Assembly: GCA_041744995.1 (NCBI GenBank) | Contig: JBGTJT010000417.1 | Coordinates: forward strand, 1 to 37,258 | Source of the DNA: Pirellulales bacterium | GTDB taxonomy: Bacteria; Planctomycetota; Planctomycetia; Pirellulales; UBA7805 | DNA length: 37,258 nt | Reading direction: 5' to 3' | In this document: piece by piece, positions 1 through 8,844 of the stretch | Layout: each line of letters opens with the position of its first letter | Numbering within the stretch: the first letter of the stretch is position 1 | Position numbers and translations under genes: made by a program | Notes under the pieces: model-generated | Seen by the model: the letters and a program-made list of their open reading frames with translations, nothing else | What the model was told of the DNA's origin: nothing | The model's database searches: none

Positions 1-372
1 GGCCTGAACGTGGACGGCGAGTATCTGGAACTCGACGTGCCGCTGGACGGCGCCGACGGCCGGCCAACATTGGAGGCACTGTGCGACGGTCAGCCGCACC
101 ACCTCGTGGCAACCTACGACGTCGAGTCCGGTTTGCAACAGATCTATCTGGATGGCCAGCGAATCGGCCAGTTGCAACGGCCGGCGGGCAAATCGGTCGT
201 GACCGGCGACATGGCGCCGTTGTACTTGGGCGCTAGCGGCGGAAGCGCCGAGTTTTTCGCGGGCGTGCTGGATGAGATCGCGATCTACGGTGCGGCATTG
301 AGTGAGGAGAATATCCAGAGACACTGGAGTAAAATTAAGGCACATGCATCTTATTTTGACAAAGGCGAGTGA
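1..372 (+). CDS. LamG/concanavalin-A-like lectin domain protein, C-terminal part (5' end outside window)
   Basis: Reading frame is open from base 1. The C-terminal FFAGVLDEIAIYGAALSEENI resembles the end of Laminin_G_3-type domains. An intrinsic terminator follows at 422-442. Confidence 0.55.
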   Translation, partial: GLNVDGEYLELDVPLDGADGRPTLEALCDGQPHHLVATYDVESGLQQIYLDGQRIGQLQRPAGKSVVTGDMAPLYLGASGGSAEFFAGVLDEIAIYGAALSEENIQRHWSKIKAHASYFDKGE

Positions 373-421
373 CGCGTACCGTCGTCGGAATTCTTCCGCA
401 CGACGGCTGTTCGGCATGTCT

Positions 422-442
422 GCCGGGTTCCCGGCTTTTTTT
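422..442 (+). terminator. Rho-independent terminator
   Basis: GCCGG-gttc-CCGGC stem-loop followed directly by a run of seven T, about 50 nt after the stop at 370-372. Confidence 0.6.
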
Positions 443-457
443 GAAAAGGGCGTACTG

Positions 458-2077
458 ATGAAATTGAAACAAGTTATGGCTACGATTCACGACCGCGCGA
501 CGACGAACGGCGTTCGCTTGATGACCTTTGGGGCGGCCATTGCCGCCTTGCTACTCACTATCGGTCCCGTTGCCGACGCGGCAGTGGTCGTTGGCTCCTC
601 GACCCTGATAAACACGCTGGAGTACAGCGATACGTTTACTATCACCAGTGAAGGAGGGGCGACAGGGAGACCGGGTGGAGGAGCTTTTCCGGTAGGCTCA
701 CCAGGGATCAACGTCGAAAACAATTACGGCAATCCAGCCCGGGTGTGGACAGATGGCATGTGGTCGATCAACGAGGATAGTAATGTCAGTGACCCCGGAG
801 CTGTTTATGTTGGCAGCGGCGCCGGATCTTCCACGGGACTGACACAGACGGGAGGCGGCGTTGACTACGGAATCGAATATGGTCTGCGAAATAATTTCGT
901 TGTCCAGTTTGACGCGTTCCAATCGCCCGACCGCATCGATATTACGGCGAATGCCACCCGTGATACCATTGCCAGCGGCGGCAATGGACTTTCGGTATTC
1001 TTCCGAACAACGGGCAACGTTTTTCCAGAAATCGGTCTATACAACGGGTTGAGTGAGGTTAGCACCGGTCTGACGTCAGGCATCGCATCCATCAATGCTT
1101 GGCACAATTACGCCGTTCATTTCGACCAATTGCACAATAAGGTTGAAATATTTGTCGACGAGGTGTCGCGCGGCGTCATCGATCTGGCGACGTTCAACGG
1201 CGGCTCCCACAATACGATTTCCAATGCGGCCGTCAGTGTGGGCGGCACGGCAACCACGGGCAATCGCTTCTGGTCCGATAACGTCCAGATCGGCGTGGGC
1301 CAGCAAACCGCGGCCCCCGTTGGTACGACGGTCGTACTCAGTACCGACGTCATGCTCAACGGCGGCACGCCGGCCACGTTTACCGACGGCGTCAGCATTG
1401 CACGAGGCGTTGAAATCATCCGCAACTTCAACGGTGGGCAATCCTACGCCAGCAATGCCGTGCCTTATACCTCCAATCTTGCCGGGCCGACGCTCGATCT
1501 TTCCGGATTCGGTCCGATTCTCGGTTTCCAAGCCGGGAACCTTGGAGCCAACATTCACGGTCGCGGCGGCGATATGTTCCTGCCAGGGGACGGAGAGACC
1601 AAAGCTCTCAACAACGGCGGCATCGGCTTTGGCGGGCACTCACCGTGGCTGATTACTTTCGATTTGCAGGAAATCCGCAATCGATTTCTCGGCGACAGCT
1701 TGGCTGACCTTGCTCTGACTGGCCGATTCGGCATGAACGGCGAAGGCTCTCCTAACGAGTCGGTTAGTCCTGCCGGCGTCGTGCAGGGATTGATTTACGT
1801 GGACGGCATTTTGCAATTCACCAGCGGCCTGAAGTCCATCGCAGATCTATCCGACGCAATCAACCTGACGCTCGATAGTGGCGACCAATTCCTGACATTT
1901 GCGATCGTGGCCGGCGATGGTTCCACTTTTTTTGACGACGGCAGCTTCCGCGACATGCAGTTGACCGTAGTACCGGAGTCGGAAACCGTGCTACTGTTTT
2001 CCCTCGGATGCGTGGGCCTGCTGTTGGGCCGACTGCGCTTTTCCAGGCAGGCGATTCCGCGCGGCGAGGTCGAGTAG
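458..2077 (+). CDS. Secreted PEP-CTERM sorting-domain protein
   Basis: The ATG at 458 lies just after the terminator, so the longer ORF from 302 is unlikely. Signal peptide (LMTFGAAIAALLLTIGPVADA). The C-terminus VPESETVLLFSLGCVGLLLGRLRFSRQ has the PEP-CTERM layout: P-E-x motif, hydrophobic helix, basic tail. Confidence 0.65.
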   Translation: MKLKQVMATIHDRATTNGVRLMTFGAAIAALLLTIGPVADAAVVVGSSTLINTLEYSDTFTITSEGGATGRPGGGAFPVGSPGINVENNYGNPARVWTDGMWSINEDSNVSDPGAVYVGSGAGSSTGLTQTGGGVDYGIEYGLRNNFVVQFDAFQSPDRIDITANATRDTIASGGNGLSVFFRTTGNVFPEIGLYNGLSEVSTGLTSGIASINAWHNYAVHFDQLHNKVEIFVDEVSRGVIDLATFNGGSHNTISNAAVSVGGTATTGNRFWSDNVQIGVGQQTAAPVGTTVVLSTDVMLNGGTPATFTDGVSIARGVEIIRNFNGGQSYASNAVPYTSNLAGPTLDLSGFGPILGFQAGNLGANIHGRGGDMFLPGDGETKALNNGGIGFGGHSPWLITFDLQEIRNRFLGDSLADLALTGRFGMNGEGSPNESVSPAGVVQGLIYVDGILQFTSGLKSIADLSDAINLTLDSGDQFLTFAIVAGDGSTFFDDGSFRDMQLTVVPESETVLLFSLGCVGLLLGRLRFSRQAIPRGEVE

Positions 2078-3124
2078 ATGTTCGCTATTTGGCAGTCGAA
2101 CTTGCACGACGAACAGTTTTTGAAGGACGCCCGCATGCCTCCCAACTCGCACATCCACTGTCTCAAGGCCTTTGGCTCTGGGGGGCGAAGTCATGCGGCA
2201 CCGCTGATCGCCACGGAACAGCGCCGCCGATCTTGGCACGGTTTCACGCTCGTGGAACTCCTTGTGGTGATCGCCATCATCGGCATTCTCATCGGGCTGC
2301 TGCTGCCGGCGGTGCAGAGCGCGCGGGAGGCCGCCCGACGGATGCAGTGCAGCAATCATCTCAAGCAGTGGGGCGTGGCGATTCATAATTTCGAGTTCTC
2401 CGAGGGGCGGCTGCCTTACGGCAACCGCAGCGTGGAGGCGCCCAACATCCGCATCAGCTACCAGCCGCCGCTGTGGCCTTACATCGAACAGCAGGCGTTA
2501 TACGACAACTACGACTTTACGCAGGATTTTCACGCCACGCCCGGCGTCCAGGGGAGCAACTGGACTTGGGTGCAGGTGCAAGTGCCGCTGTACTTTTGCC
2601 CCAGCGATCGCCAGGGGATGTGGCTTCCGCCGGCCGACATTCACGCCCGTTCCCGCGGCAACTACGTGTTGAACTGGGGTAATACCGACTTCGGCCAAAC
2701 CGGCGCCCACACCGGCGCCCCGTTCGGCCGCAGCAAGAAGATCACGATGGCGGCCGTCAAGGACGGGCTTTCCAATACGATGTTCATGTCGGAGGTCGTC
2801 CAGCCCAGCGAGGACGGCGTTTTCGACTTCCGCGGCGATGTCTTGAACGACGACATGACCAGCGCGCAGTTCATGACCCGCAACACGCCGAACGCAGGCG
2901 TCGACTACACGGCGTGCGTGGGCGAAAAGCCCTATCCCGGACCATGCGTCAATCATTGGGCCACGTCCGCCTACGCCAGCGCTCGCAGCCATCATCCCGG
3001 CGGCGTGCAGGTACTGATGGGGGACGGTTCGGTCCACTTCGTCAGTAACGGCGTCAACCTGGCCACGTGGCAGGGGCTTGGTTCCACCAAGGGCGGCGAA
3101 ACCGTTTCCATCAGTTCCTTGTAG
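2078..3124 (+). CDS. DUF1559 protein with prepilin-type N-terminal cleavage/methylation domain (H-X9-DG family)
   Basis: [34 protein letters not shown] pseudopilin N-terminus. C-terminal [16 protein letters not shown] gives the H-X9-DG motif. The true start may be the ATG at 2135. Confidence 0.85.
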   Translation: MFAIWQSNLHDEQFLKDARMPPNSHIHCLKAFGSGGRSHAAPLIATEQRRRSWHGFTLVELLVVIAIIGILIGLLLPAVQSAREAARRMQCSNHLKQWGVAIHNFEFSEGRLPYGNRSVEAPNIRISYQPPLWPYIEQQALYDNYDFTQDFHATPGVQGSNWTWVQVQVPLYFCPSDRQGMWLPPADIHARSRGNYVLNWGNTDFGQTGAHTGAPFGRSKKITMAAVKDGLSNTMFMSEVVQPSEDGVFDFRGDVLNDDMTSAQFMTRNTPNAGVDYTACVGEKPYPGPCVNHWATSAYASARSHHPGGVQVLMGDGSVHFVSNGVNLATWQGLGSTKGGETVSISSL

Positions 3125-3148
3125 AGTTACAATCAAACGGCGAGCGCC

Positions 3149-3556
3149 ATGGGATATCGACGCAGTCACATAAGCAGTTGGATTCTGGCAGGCACCGTGC
3201 TCTTGGTCGGCTGCTCCGGCGAGTCTCTCATGCCGGTCTCCGGCGATGTCACGCTGGACGGCAACCCGATCGAAAAGGGAACCATTCGATTCATGCCGGT
3301 CGACGGCGTCGGCCCGGCCGCGGAAGCGAAGATCGAGCAAGGCCGCTATGAAGTGCTGGTCCCGGCGGGTAAAAAGAACGTGTTTATTCGCGGTCTGAAG
3401 ACGATCGGCCACAACTATCCTTCCGGTCCCGAAGGGCCGGCCATCCCAGATTACGAAGAACTGGTGCCGACTCGCTATGAGCGGCCCGGCGCGATCCAAT
3501 GCACCATTGTCGAAGGCGATCCGCGCCGCGATTTCGAACTTGCCGGAGAGCCGTAA
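3149..3556 (+). CDS. Small lipoprotein, possibly carboxypeptidase-regulatory-like fold
   Basis: Lipobox LLVGCSG. Short beta-rich protein of the kind that commonly follows DUF1559 genes. The family assignment is tentative. Confidence 0.5.
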   Translation: MGYRRSHISSWILAGTVLLVGCSGESLMPVSGDVTLDGNPIEKGTIRFMPVDGVGPAAEAKIEQGRYEVLVPAGKKNVFIRGLKTIGHNYPSGPEGPAIPDYEELVPTRYERPGAIQCTIVEGDPRRDFELAGEP

Positions 3557-3616
3557 CATTCGCCTCCTAAACCCTCCCGCCTCGGATGCTTTCCCCAAGC
3601 ACAAAGGACGAACGAG

Positions 3617-6600
3617 ATGAGAGATTGCATTCAAGCCATTCTGATACTGCTTCTGGCGGTCGCTTGCGGCGCGACGGCGAAGGCGGAGTCGAAGCCCTCT
3701 GCCAATGAGCAGCACTTCCAGGAGCAAGTCGCCCCGATCCTCGCCCGTCGCTGCCTGTCGTGCCATAGCGCGGCCGAGGCCAAAGGCGATATCTCGCTGG
3801 AGACCTTCCAGCACCTCGATGAAAACGGCTTTGTCGAACCGGGCGACGCCGACGGCAGCTACCTGGTCGAACTGCTCACGCCGAATCTCGGCAAGGCCGC
3901 CATGCCCAAGAATGCCGATCCACTTTCCGAGGAGGATCTGGCGGCGGTCAAGCAATGGATCGACGACGGCGCGCACTGGCCGGCGGAGTTTCGGATCGAA
4001 GAACCCCAGGTGGCCGACCTCGACTTCTGGTCGCTGAAGCCGCTCGCCCGGCCGGAACTGCCCAAGCTTATGCCCGAGGAAGCCGCCTGGTGCCGCAACG
4101 AAGTGGACTACTTCATCCGCGCCAAGCAGAAGGAACTCGGCCTGGCGCCTGCGCCGGAGGCCGACAAGCGGGTGCTGATTCGCCGGCTCTACTACGATCT
4201 GACCAGCCTGCCGCCGTCGCCGGAAGAGATCGAAGCATTCGTCGCCGACGAGGATCCGCAAGCCTACGAAAAGCTCGTCGATAAGCTGCTGGCCTCCGAA
4301 CGCTACGGCGAGCGCTGGGCGCGGCACTGGTTGGACGTGGTCCACTATGGCGACACGCACGGTTATGACAAGGACCAGCTCCGTCCCAACGCCTGGCCCT
4401 ATCGCGACTACGTGATCCGAGCGTTCAACGAAGACAAGCCGTACGCACGGTTCGTGCAGGAACAGGTCGCCGGCGACGTGCTGTGGCCCGACACCACCGA
4501 CGGCGTGGTGGCGACCGGCTTCATCGCGGCCGGGCCGTGGGACTTTATCGGCCACGCCGAGGTGCCGGAGACGAAGATCGACGGCATGGTCGCCCGCAGT
4601 CTCGATCGCGACGACATGGTCGGCAGCACCATGAGCACCTTTGTGAGCATGACGGCCCAATGCGCGCGGTGCCACAACCACAAGTTCGATCCGATCACCC
4701 AGGAAGATTACTTCAGCCTGCAAGCGGTATTCGCGGCGCTGGACCGCACCGACCGGCCGTACGAAAAGAGCGACGGCGTCGCCAAGCAACGCGCGGCGTT
4801 GACAGCCAAGCAAGAGACGCTGGAAGCCGAACTGGCCAAACTCGATGCCGCGGCGAAAGAACGAGGGGGCGAAGAGTTGCAGCGGCTCGACGGCCTGATC
4901 GCGCAACTGCAGGCCCAAAAGGATACGAAACTCGACAGGGCCGCCTTCGGCTACCACAGCGGCATCGAGTCGAACCCTGACGTCGAAAAGTGGGTGCAGA
5001 TCGACCTCGGCGGACCAACCTCGCTGTCAGAAATCATCTACGTCGCTTGCCACGACAACTTCGCCGGCATCGGCGCCGGCTTCGGCTTTCCGGTCCGCTA
5101 CAAGATCGAGGCCAGCAACGACCCGGCGTTTGAAAATGACGTGCAGACGATCGTCGACCATACCAAGGCTGACGTGGCCAACCCCGGCGTGGAGCTGCAA
5201 CGCGCCGCGGCCGACGGCGTCACGGCCCGCTACGTGCGGTTCACAGCCACCAAGCTCAGCTTGCGGCAGGCCGACTACATCTTCGCCCTGGGCGAGTTGA
5301 TGGTCTACTCCGCCGACGGCGTGAACGTGGCTGTGCGGGCGCCGGTCACGTCGCTCGACTCCATCGAAGCTTTGCCGCGGTGGTCGCGGGCGAACCTTGT
5401 CGACGGCTACTACTATGGCCTGACTGTTGATCCGGCCGTTAACGACAAGATACTGCAACATCAGGCCCAGCGCACCAAGTTGCTCGACACCCTGTTGACC
5501 GCCGAACAGAAGCAGCAGAGCCAGCAACTGGAGACCGAAGCCGCCAACACCGCACAGGAACTGGCCGCCCTGCCCGCGCCCGGCATGGTGTACGCCGGCA
5601 CGGTCCACTATGGTGACGGCAACTTCCGCGGCACGCATGGCGTGCCGCGGGAGATTCACGTTCTCTCCCGTGGCGAGGTAACCCAGCCGCTCGCGCAGGT
5701 CGGCCCGGGTACGGTGCCAATTATCGAAGGAGTCGACCATCGCTGGGAGGAATTGCCGCTCGACGGCGAAGAAGGCCGCCGCCGCGTGAAGCTGGCCGAG
5801 TGGCTGGTCCGCGAGGACAATCCGCTTACCTGGCGGTCAATTGTCAACCGCGTCTGGCTGTATCACATGGGCCGCGGCATTGTTGATTCGCCCAACGATT
5901 TCGGCCGAATGGGGCAGCCGCCCACACATCCGGAGTTGCTCGACTGGCTGGCGGTGGAATTTCGCGACAACGGGCAATCGTTCAAGCAGATGCACCGGTT
6001 GATCTGCAACAGCGCCGCCTACCGGCAGTCGTCGCGGCACGACGAGGCGATGGCGGAGATCGACGGCAGCAACGCCTACTATTGGCGAGCCAACCGCCAA
6101 AAGCTGTCGGCCGAGTCGGTCCGCGACACCGTGCTGGTGTTGGCCGGTAAGATGAACTTCGCCATGTACGGCCCGGGCTTTCAGGATTTTGTGATCGAGA
6201 ATCCGGCCCACTCGCCGCACTACCAATATCACAAACACAATCCGGACGATCCCGCCTCGCACCGCCGCAGCATCTATCGCTTCCTGGTCCGCTCGCAGCA
6301 GCAGCCGTTCATGCAGACGCTCGACTGCGCCGACCCGTCGCAATCGATCGCCAAGCGCGACAAGACGCTCACCTCGCTGCAAGCGCTGACGATGATGAAC
6401 AACCAGTTCACCGTCCGCATGGCGGAGCATTTTGCCAGTCGCTTGCAAAGCGAGCGCGAGACGCTGCCGGAGCAAATCGCCCGCGGCTTTTATCTAGCGA
6501 CCGGTCGGGAACCGAGCGAAGTGGAGCGGCAGGCACTGGTCGACTACGCCGGCGCCCATGGTTTACCTAACGCCTGCCGTGTAATCATGAACCTGAATGA

Positions 6601-6619
6601 ATCGATGTTTTTAGACTAA
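3617..6619 (+). CDS. PSCyt/PSD1 protein (DUF1549 + discoidin-like + DUF1553)
   Basis: Signal peptide and a CLSCH CxxCH motif (planctomycete cytochrome C domain). DUF1549-like RRLYYDLTSLPPSPEEIEAF. Central F5/8 type C-like segment (WVQIDLGG...RYVRFTATK). C-terminal DUF1553-like region (RVWLYHMGRGIV, LQALTMMNN). Confidence 0.9.
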   Translation: MRDCIQAILILLLAVACGATAKAESKPSANEQHFQEQVAPILARRCLSCHSAAEAKGDISLETFQHLDENGFVEPGDADGSYLVELLTPNLGKAAMPKNADPLSEEDLAAVKQWIDDGAHWPAEFRIEEPQVADLDFWSLKPLARPELPKLMPEEAAWCRNEVDYFIRAKQKELGLAPAPEADKRVLIRRLYYDLTSLPPSPEEIEAFVADEDPQAYEKLVDKLLASERYGERWARHWLDVVHYGDTHGYDKDQLRPNAWPYRDYVIRAFNEDKPYARFVQEQVAGDVLWPDTTDGVVATGFIAAGPWDFIGHAEVPETKIDGMVARSLDRDDMVGSTMSTFVSMTAQCARCHNHKFDPITQEDYFSLQAVFAALDRTDRPYEKSDGVAKQRAALTAKQETLEAELAKLDAAAKERGGEELQRLDGLIAQLQAQKDTKLDRAAFGYHSGIESNPDVEKWVQIDLGGPTSLSEIIYVACHDNFAGIGAGFGFPVRYKIEASNDPAFENDVQTIVDHTKADVANPGVELQRAAADGVTARYVRFTATKLSLRQADYIFALGELMVYSADGVNVAVRAPVTSLDSIEALPRWSRANLVDGYYYGLTVDPAVNDKILQHQAQRTKLLDTLLTAEQKQQSQQLETEAANTAQELAALPAPGMVYAGTVHYGDGNFRGTHGVPREIHVLSRGEVTQPLAQVGPGTVPIIEGVDHRWEELPLDGEEGRRRVKLAEWLVREDNPLTWRSIVNRVWLYHMGRGIVDSPNDFGRMGQPPTHPELLDWLAVEFRDNGQSFKQMHRLICNSAAYRQSSRHDEAMAEIDGSNAYYWRANRQKLSAESVRDTVLVLAGKMNFAMYGPGFQDFVIENPAHSPHYQYHKHNPDDPASHRRSIYRFLVRSQQQPFMQTLDCADPSQSIAKRDKTLTSLQALTMMNNQFTVRMAEHFASRLQSERETLPEQIARGFYLATGREPSEVERQALVDYAGAHGLPNACRVIMNLNESMFLD

Positions 6620-6626
6620 CAACGTA

Positions 6627-6700
6627 GCAGCAGGCGGCTCGCCTGCTGCGAACTACCAACAACCCATAGCGCAACCCGCTACAGGCGAACCGCCTGTAGC
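6627..6700. repeat. Two related perfect 10-bp hairpins in the PSD1-DUF1501 spacer
   Basis: 6627-6649 is GCAGCAGGCG-gct-CGCCTGCTGC and 6678-6700 is GCTACAGGCG-aac-CGCCTGTAGC. They share a CAGGCG/CGCCTG core and neither is followed by a T-tract. Confidence 0.7.
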
Positions 6701-6719
6701 TACGACTTGGAGCCTACCC

Positions 6720-8177
6720 ATGAATCGCCGCAACTTCCTGATGAACCTCGGCGCCGGCTTTGGCGGCGTTGCGCTGAGTTCCATGCTCGCCCGCGACGGG
6801 CTGCTGGCAGCAACCGCAGCCAGCGGCGGCGATACGCAGATCATCCATCATCCGCCCAAGGCGAAGCGGGTTGTGCAGATGTTCATGGCCGGCGCGGCGA
6901 GCCACTTGGATACATTTGACTACAAGCCCGCGCTCATCAAGCACCACGGCGAGAAGAGCGACTTCGGCGAGCATGTCGAGGCCTTCCAGAACGGGCTGGG
7001 ACCATGGCTCAAGTCGCCGTTTGCGTTCAAGCAGTATGGCGAAACCGGCAAGTACCTCAGCGACCCGGTGCGGGCGCTCGGCGATTGCGTCGACGACATC
7101 GCCTTTATCCACAATCTGGTCGGCAAGACGGGCGTCCACAGCCAGGCCACGCTATTGCAGGCGACCGGCTTCCAGCGGCCCGGCTTCCCCGGCATGGGCG
7201 CTTGGGTCAGCTACGCGCTGGGGAGCATGAACGAGAACCTGCCGACCTTTGTTGTGATGCCCGACCGCCGCGGCTTGGCCTCCAACGGGCAGAAGAACTG
7301 GAGCAGCGAGTTCCTGCCGGCGCAACATCAAGGCACGATCTTCCGCGCGGGCGAAGAGAATCCGATCCGCGACCTGTTCCCGGCGGAGAACAGCTACATC
7401 AACAGCGACAGCGATGCCGCCGCGCTGGCCGTAATGAAACAACTTAACCAATTGCACGAGGCCGACCGTGCCGGCGACTCGCGGCTGGAAGCCCGCATCC
7501 GCAGTTACGAGCTAGCGGCCAAGATGCAACTGAGCGCGCCGGAAGCGGTCGACCTGTCGGGCGAGCCGGCGCATATCCTCAAGCTGTACGGATTGGATCA
7601 CGGCAAAAGCACCTGGCCCAACGAGATCAACGCCCGGGAAGAGATCGACTACTTCGGCCGCAAGTGTCTTGTGGCCCGGCGGCTGCTGGAGCGGGGCGTG
7701 CGGTTCGTGCAGATCTGGTCGGGCTGCGATAACGGTTTCCCCAGGCGCAACTGGGATTCGCACGAGGACATCGCCCGCGACCACGGTCCGCTGGCTGAAG
7801 GGATGGCGGTCGGCGCCGCGGCATTCATCCAGGATCTCAAGCAGCGGGGGATGCTCGACGACACGAGCGTCCTGTGGACGACCGAGTTCGGCCGCATGCC
7901 GAGCAGCCAGGGAGGCACGGGACGCGATCACAACCCGTTCTGTTTCACCAACTGGCTGTCCGGCGGCGGCATTAAACCGGGCGTCAGCTACGGCGAGAGC
8001 GACGAGTGGGGCTACAAGCCGCTCGATCGCAGCAACCCCACGCAGGTCTACGACATCCACGCCACCATCCTGCACCTGCTGGGCATCGACCACACCAAGC
8101 TCACCCTCCGCCACGACGGCATCGACCGCCGCCTGACCGATGTGCATGGGCACGTAATCCCTGATATCCTGGCGTAA
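6720..8177 (+). CDS. DUF1501 domain protein (sulfatase-like fold) with Tat-type signal
   Basis: MNRRNFLMNLGAGFGG twin-arginine-like N-terminus. Motifs MFMAGAASHLDTFDYKP, TEFGRMP and GRDHNP. It is the usual downstream partner of DUF1549/DUF1553 genes. Confidence 0.9.
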   Translation: MNRRNFLMNLGAGFGGVALSSMLARDGLLAATAASGGDTQIIHHPPKAKRVVQMFMAGAASHLDTFDYKPALIKHHGEKSDFGEHVEAFQNGLGPWLKSPFAFKQYGETGKYLSDPVRALGDCVDDIAFIHNLVGKTGVHSQATLLQATGFQRPGFPGMGAWVSYALGSMNENLPTFVVMPDRRGLASNGQKNWSSEFLPAQHQGTIFRAGEENPIRDLFPAENSYINSDSDAAALAVMKQLNQLHEADRAGDSRLEARIRSYELAAKMQLSAPEAVDLSGEPAHILKLYGLDHGKSTWPNEINAREEIDYFGRKCLVARRLLERGVRFVQIWSGCDNGFPRRNWDSHEDIARDHGPLAEGMAVGAAAFIQDLKQRGMLDDTSVLWTTEFGRMPSSQGGTGRDHNPFCFTNWLSGGGIKPGVSYGESDEWGYKPLDRSNPTQVYDIHATILHLLGIDHTKLTLRHDGIDRRLTDVHGHVIPDILA

Positions 8178-8182
8178 GAATC

Positions 8183-8244
8183 GTTTAACCTGCAGCCGCA
8201 GGCGCAGGCGGCGTCGGGATCGATGTGCGGTGGGATTGTTAAGC
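8183..8244 (+). other. attC-like imperfect palindrome (candidate cassette recombination site)
   Basis: GTTTAAC (8183-8189) fits RYYYAAC and GTTAAGC (8238-8244) fits GTTRRRY. They pair over 7 bp with one G-U. An inner CCGCA (8196-8200) pairs with TGCGG (8226-8230) after 6/7-nt spacers. The site starts 6 nt after the DUF1501 stop. Confidence 0.45.
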
Positions 8245-8432
8245 GGCGGCGTGCAAGACATTCATGTTAGCCAACTCATGATAACGGACTTACGTCGTTG
8301 CGCCCGCCATTGACGATGGACCGAGTCTGGATGTTGGGTTTGAGGCCAAGAGAGCGCGTTCGCTGGCCAGTTATTTCAAGACTGACAGAGCACCAGGTAT
8401 CGCCTGCGGCGGTGCCGCCTCAGGGGAAGTTC

Positions 8433-8499
8433 TTGCTACTCCTTTAGTAATGTACTATAATCAAGACTAATAGCCCATAATATGTTCACTCTATAGTAC
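8433..8499 (+). promoter_or_regulatory. hipBA promoter with inverted-repeat operator candidate
   Basis: TTGCTA (8433-8438), a 17-nt spacer, then TATAAT (8456-8461). The inverted repeat GTACTATA (8452-8459) / TATAGTAC (8492-8499) overlaps the -10 box and ends 3 nt before the hipB ATG. The patch is locally AT-rich. Confidence 0.45.
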
Positions 8500-8502
8500 G
8501 TT

Positions 8503-8838
8503 ATGCCGAGTAGTAAACAAGCGTTCCTGCCGAAGCACCAGCGAGTATTCAAGCAAGTTGGAGAGCAACTTCGTTTGGCCCGCCTGCGGCGTCGACTCTC
8601 CGCGGCGCAGGTTGCAGAGCGGGCAGGGATCAGCCGCAACACGCTCTATTTGTTGGAAACCGGTAGCGCCAGCTCTTCGATCGCCACCTTGTTCCGGGTG
8701 TTGATTGTACTTGGCCTGCAAGAAGACTACGCGCAGATTGCTATGAACGATGAACTGGGCAGGCGAATTCAAGACGCGAAACTCTCTAGCCCGCGCAAGC
8801 GCGCCCCCAAGCGATCTCAAACGAAACGAAGCGATTAG
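8503..8838 (+). CDS. hipB: XRE-family HTH antitoxin, HipB-like
   Basis: HTH segment LRLARLRRRLSAAQVAERAGISRNTLYLLETG. The stop lies 6 nt before hipA. Confidence 0.8.
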   Translation: MPSSKQAFLPKHQRVFKQVGEQLRLARLRRRLSAAQVAERAGISRNTLYLLETGSASSSIATLFRVLIVLGLQEDYAQIAMNDELGRRIQDAKLSSPRKRAPKRSQTKRSD

Positions 8839-8844
8839 AACCGC

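Noticed and set aside
302-457. Upstream extension of the PEP-CTERM ORF
   Set aside because: It overlaps the LamG gene 3' end and contains a stem-loop plus T7 terminator at 422-442. The ATG at 458 gives a normal signal peptide.
2498-4957. 819-aa ORF on the minus strand
   Set aside because: It lies antisense to the DUF1559, lipoprotein and PSD1 genes, which have clear family motifs. The translation is low-complexity Arg/Gly/Ala/Val-rich, the usual shadow ORF of a high-GC genome.
4960-5400. Discoidin/F5-8 type C-like insert in the PSD1 protein, considered as an unusual fusion
   Set aside because: From memory this architecture occurs in many planctomycetal DUF1549/DUF1553 proteins, so it is not notable without a database check.
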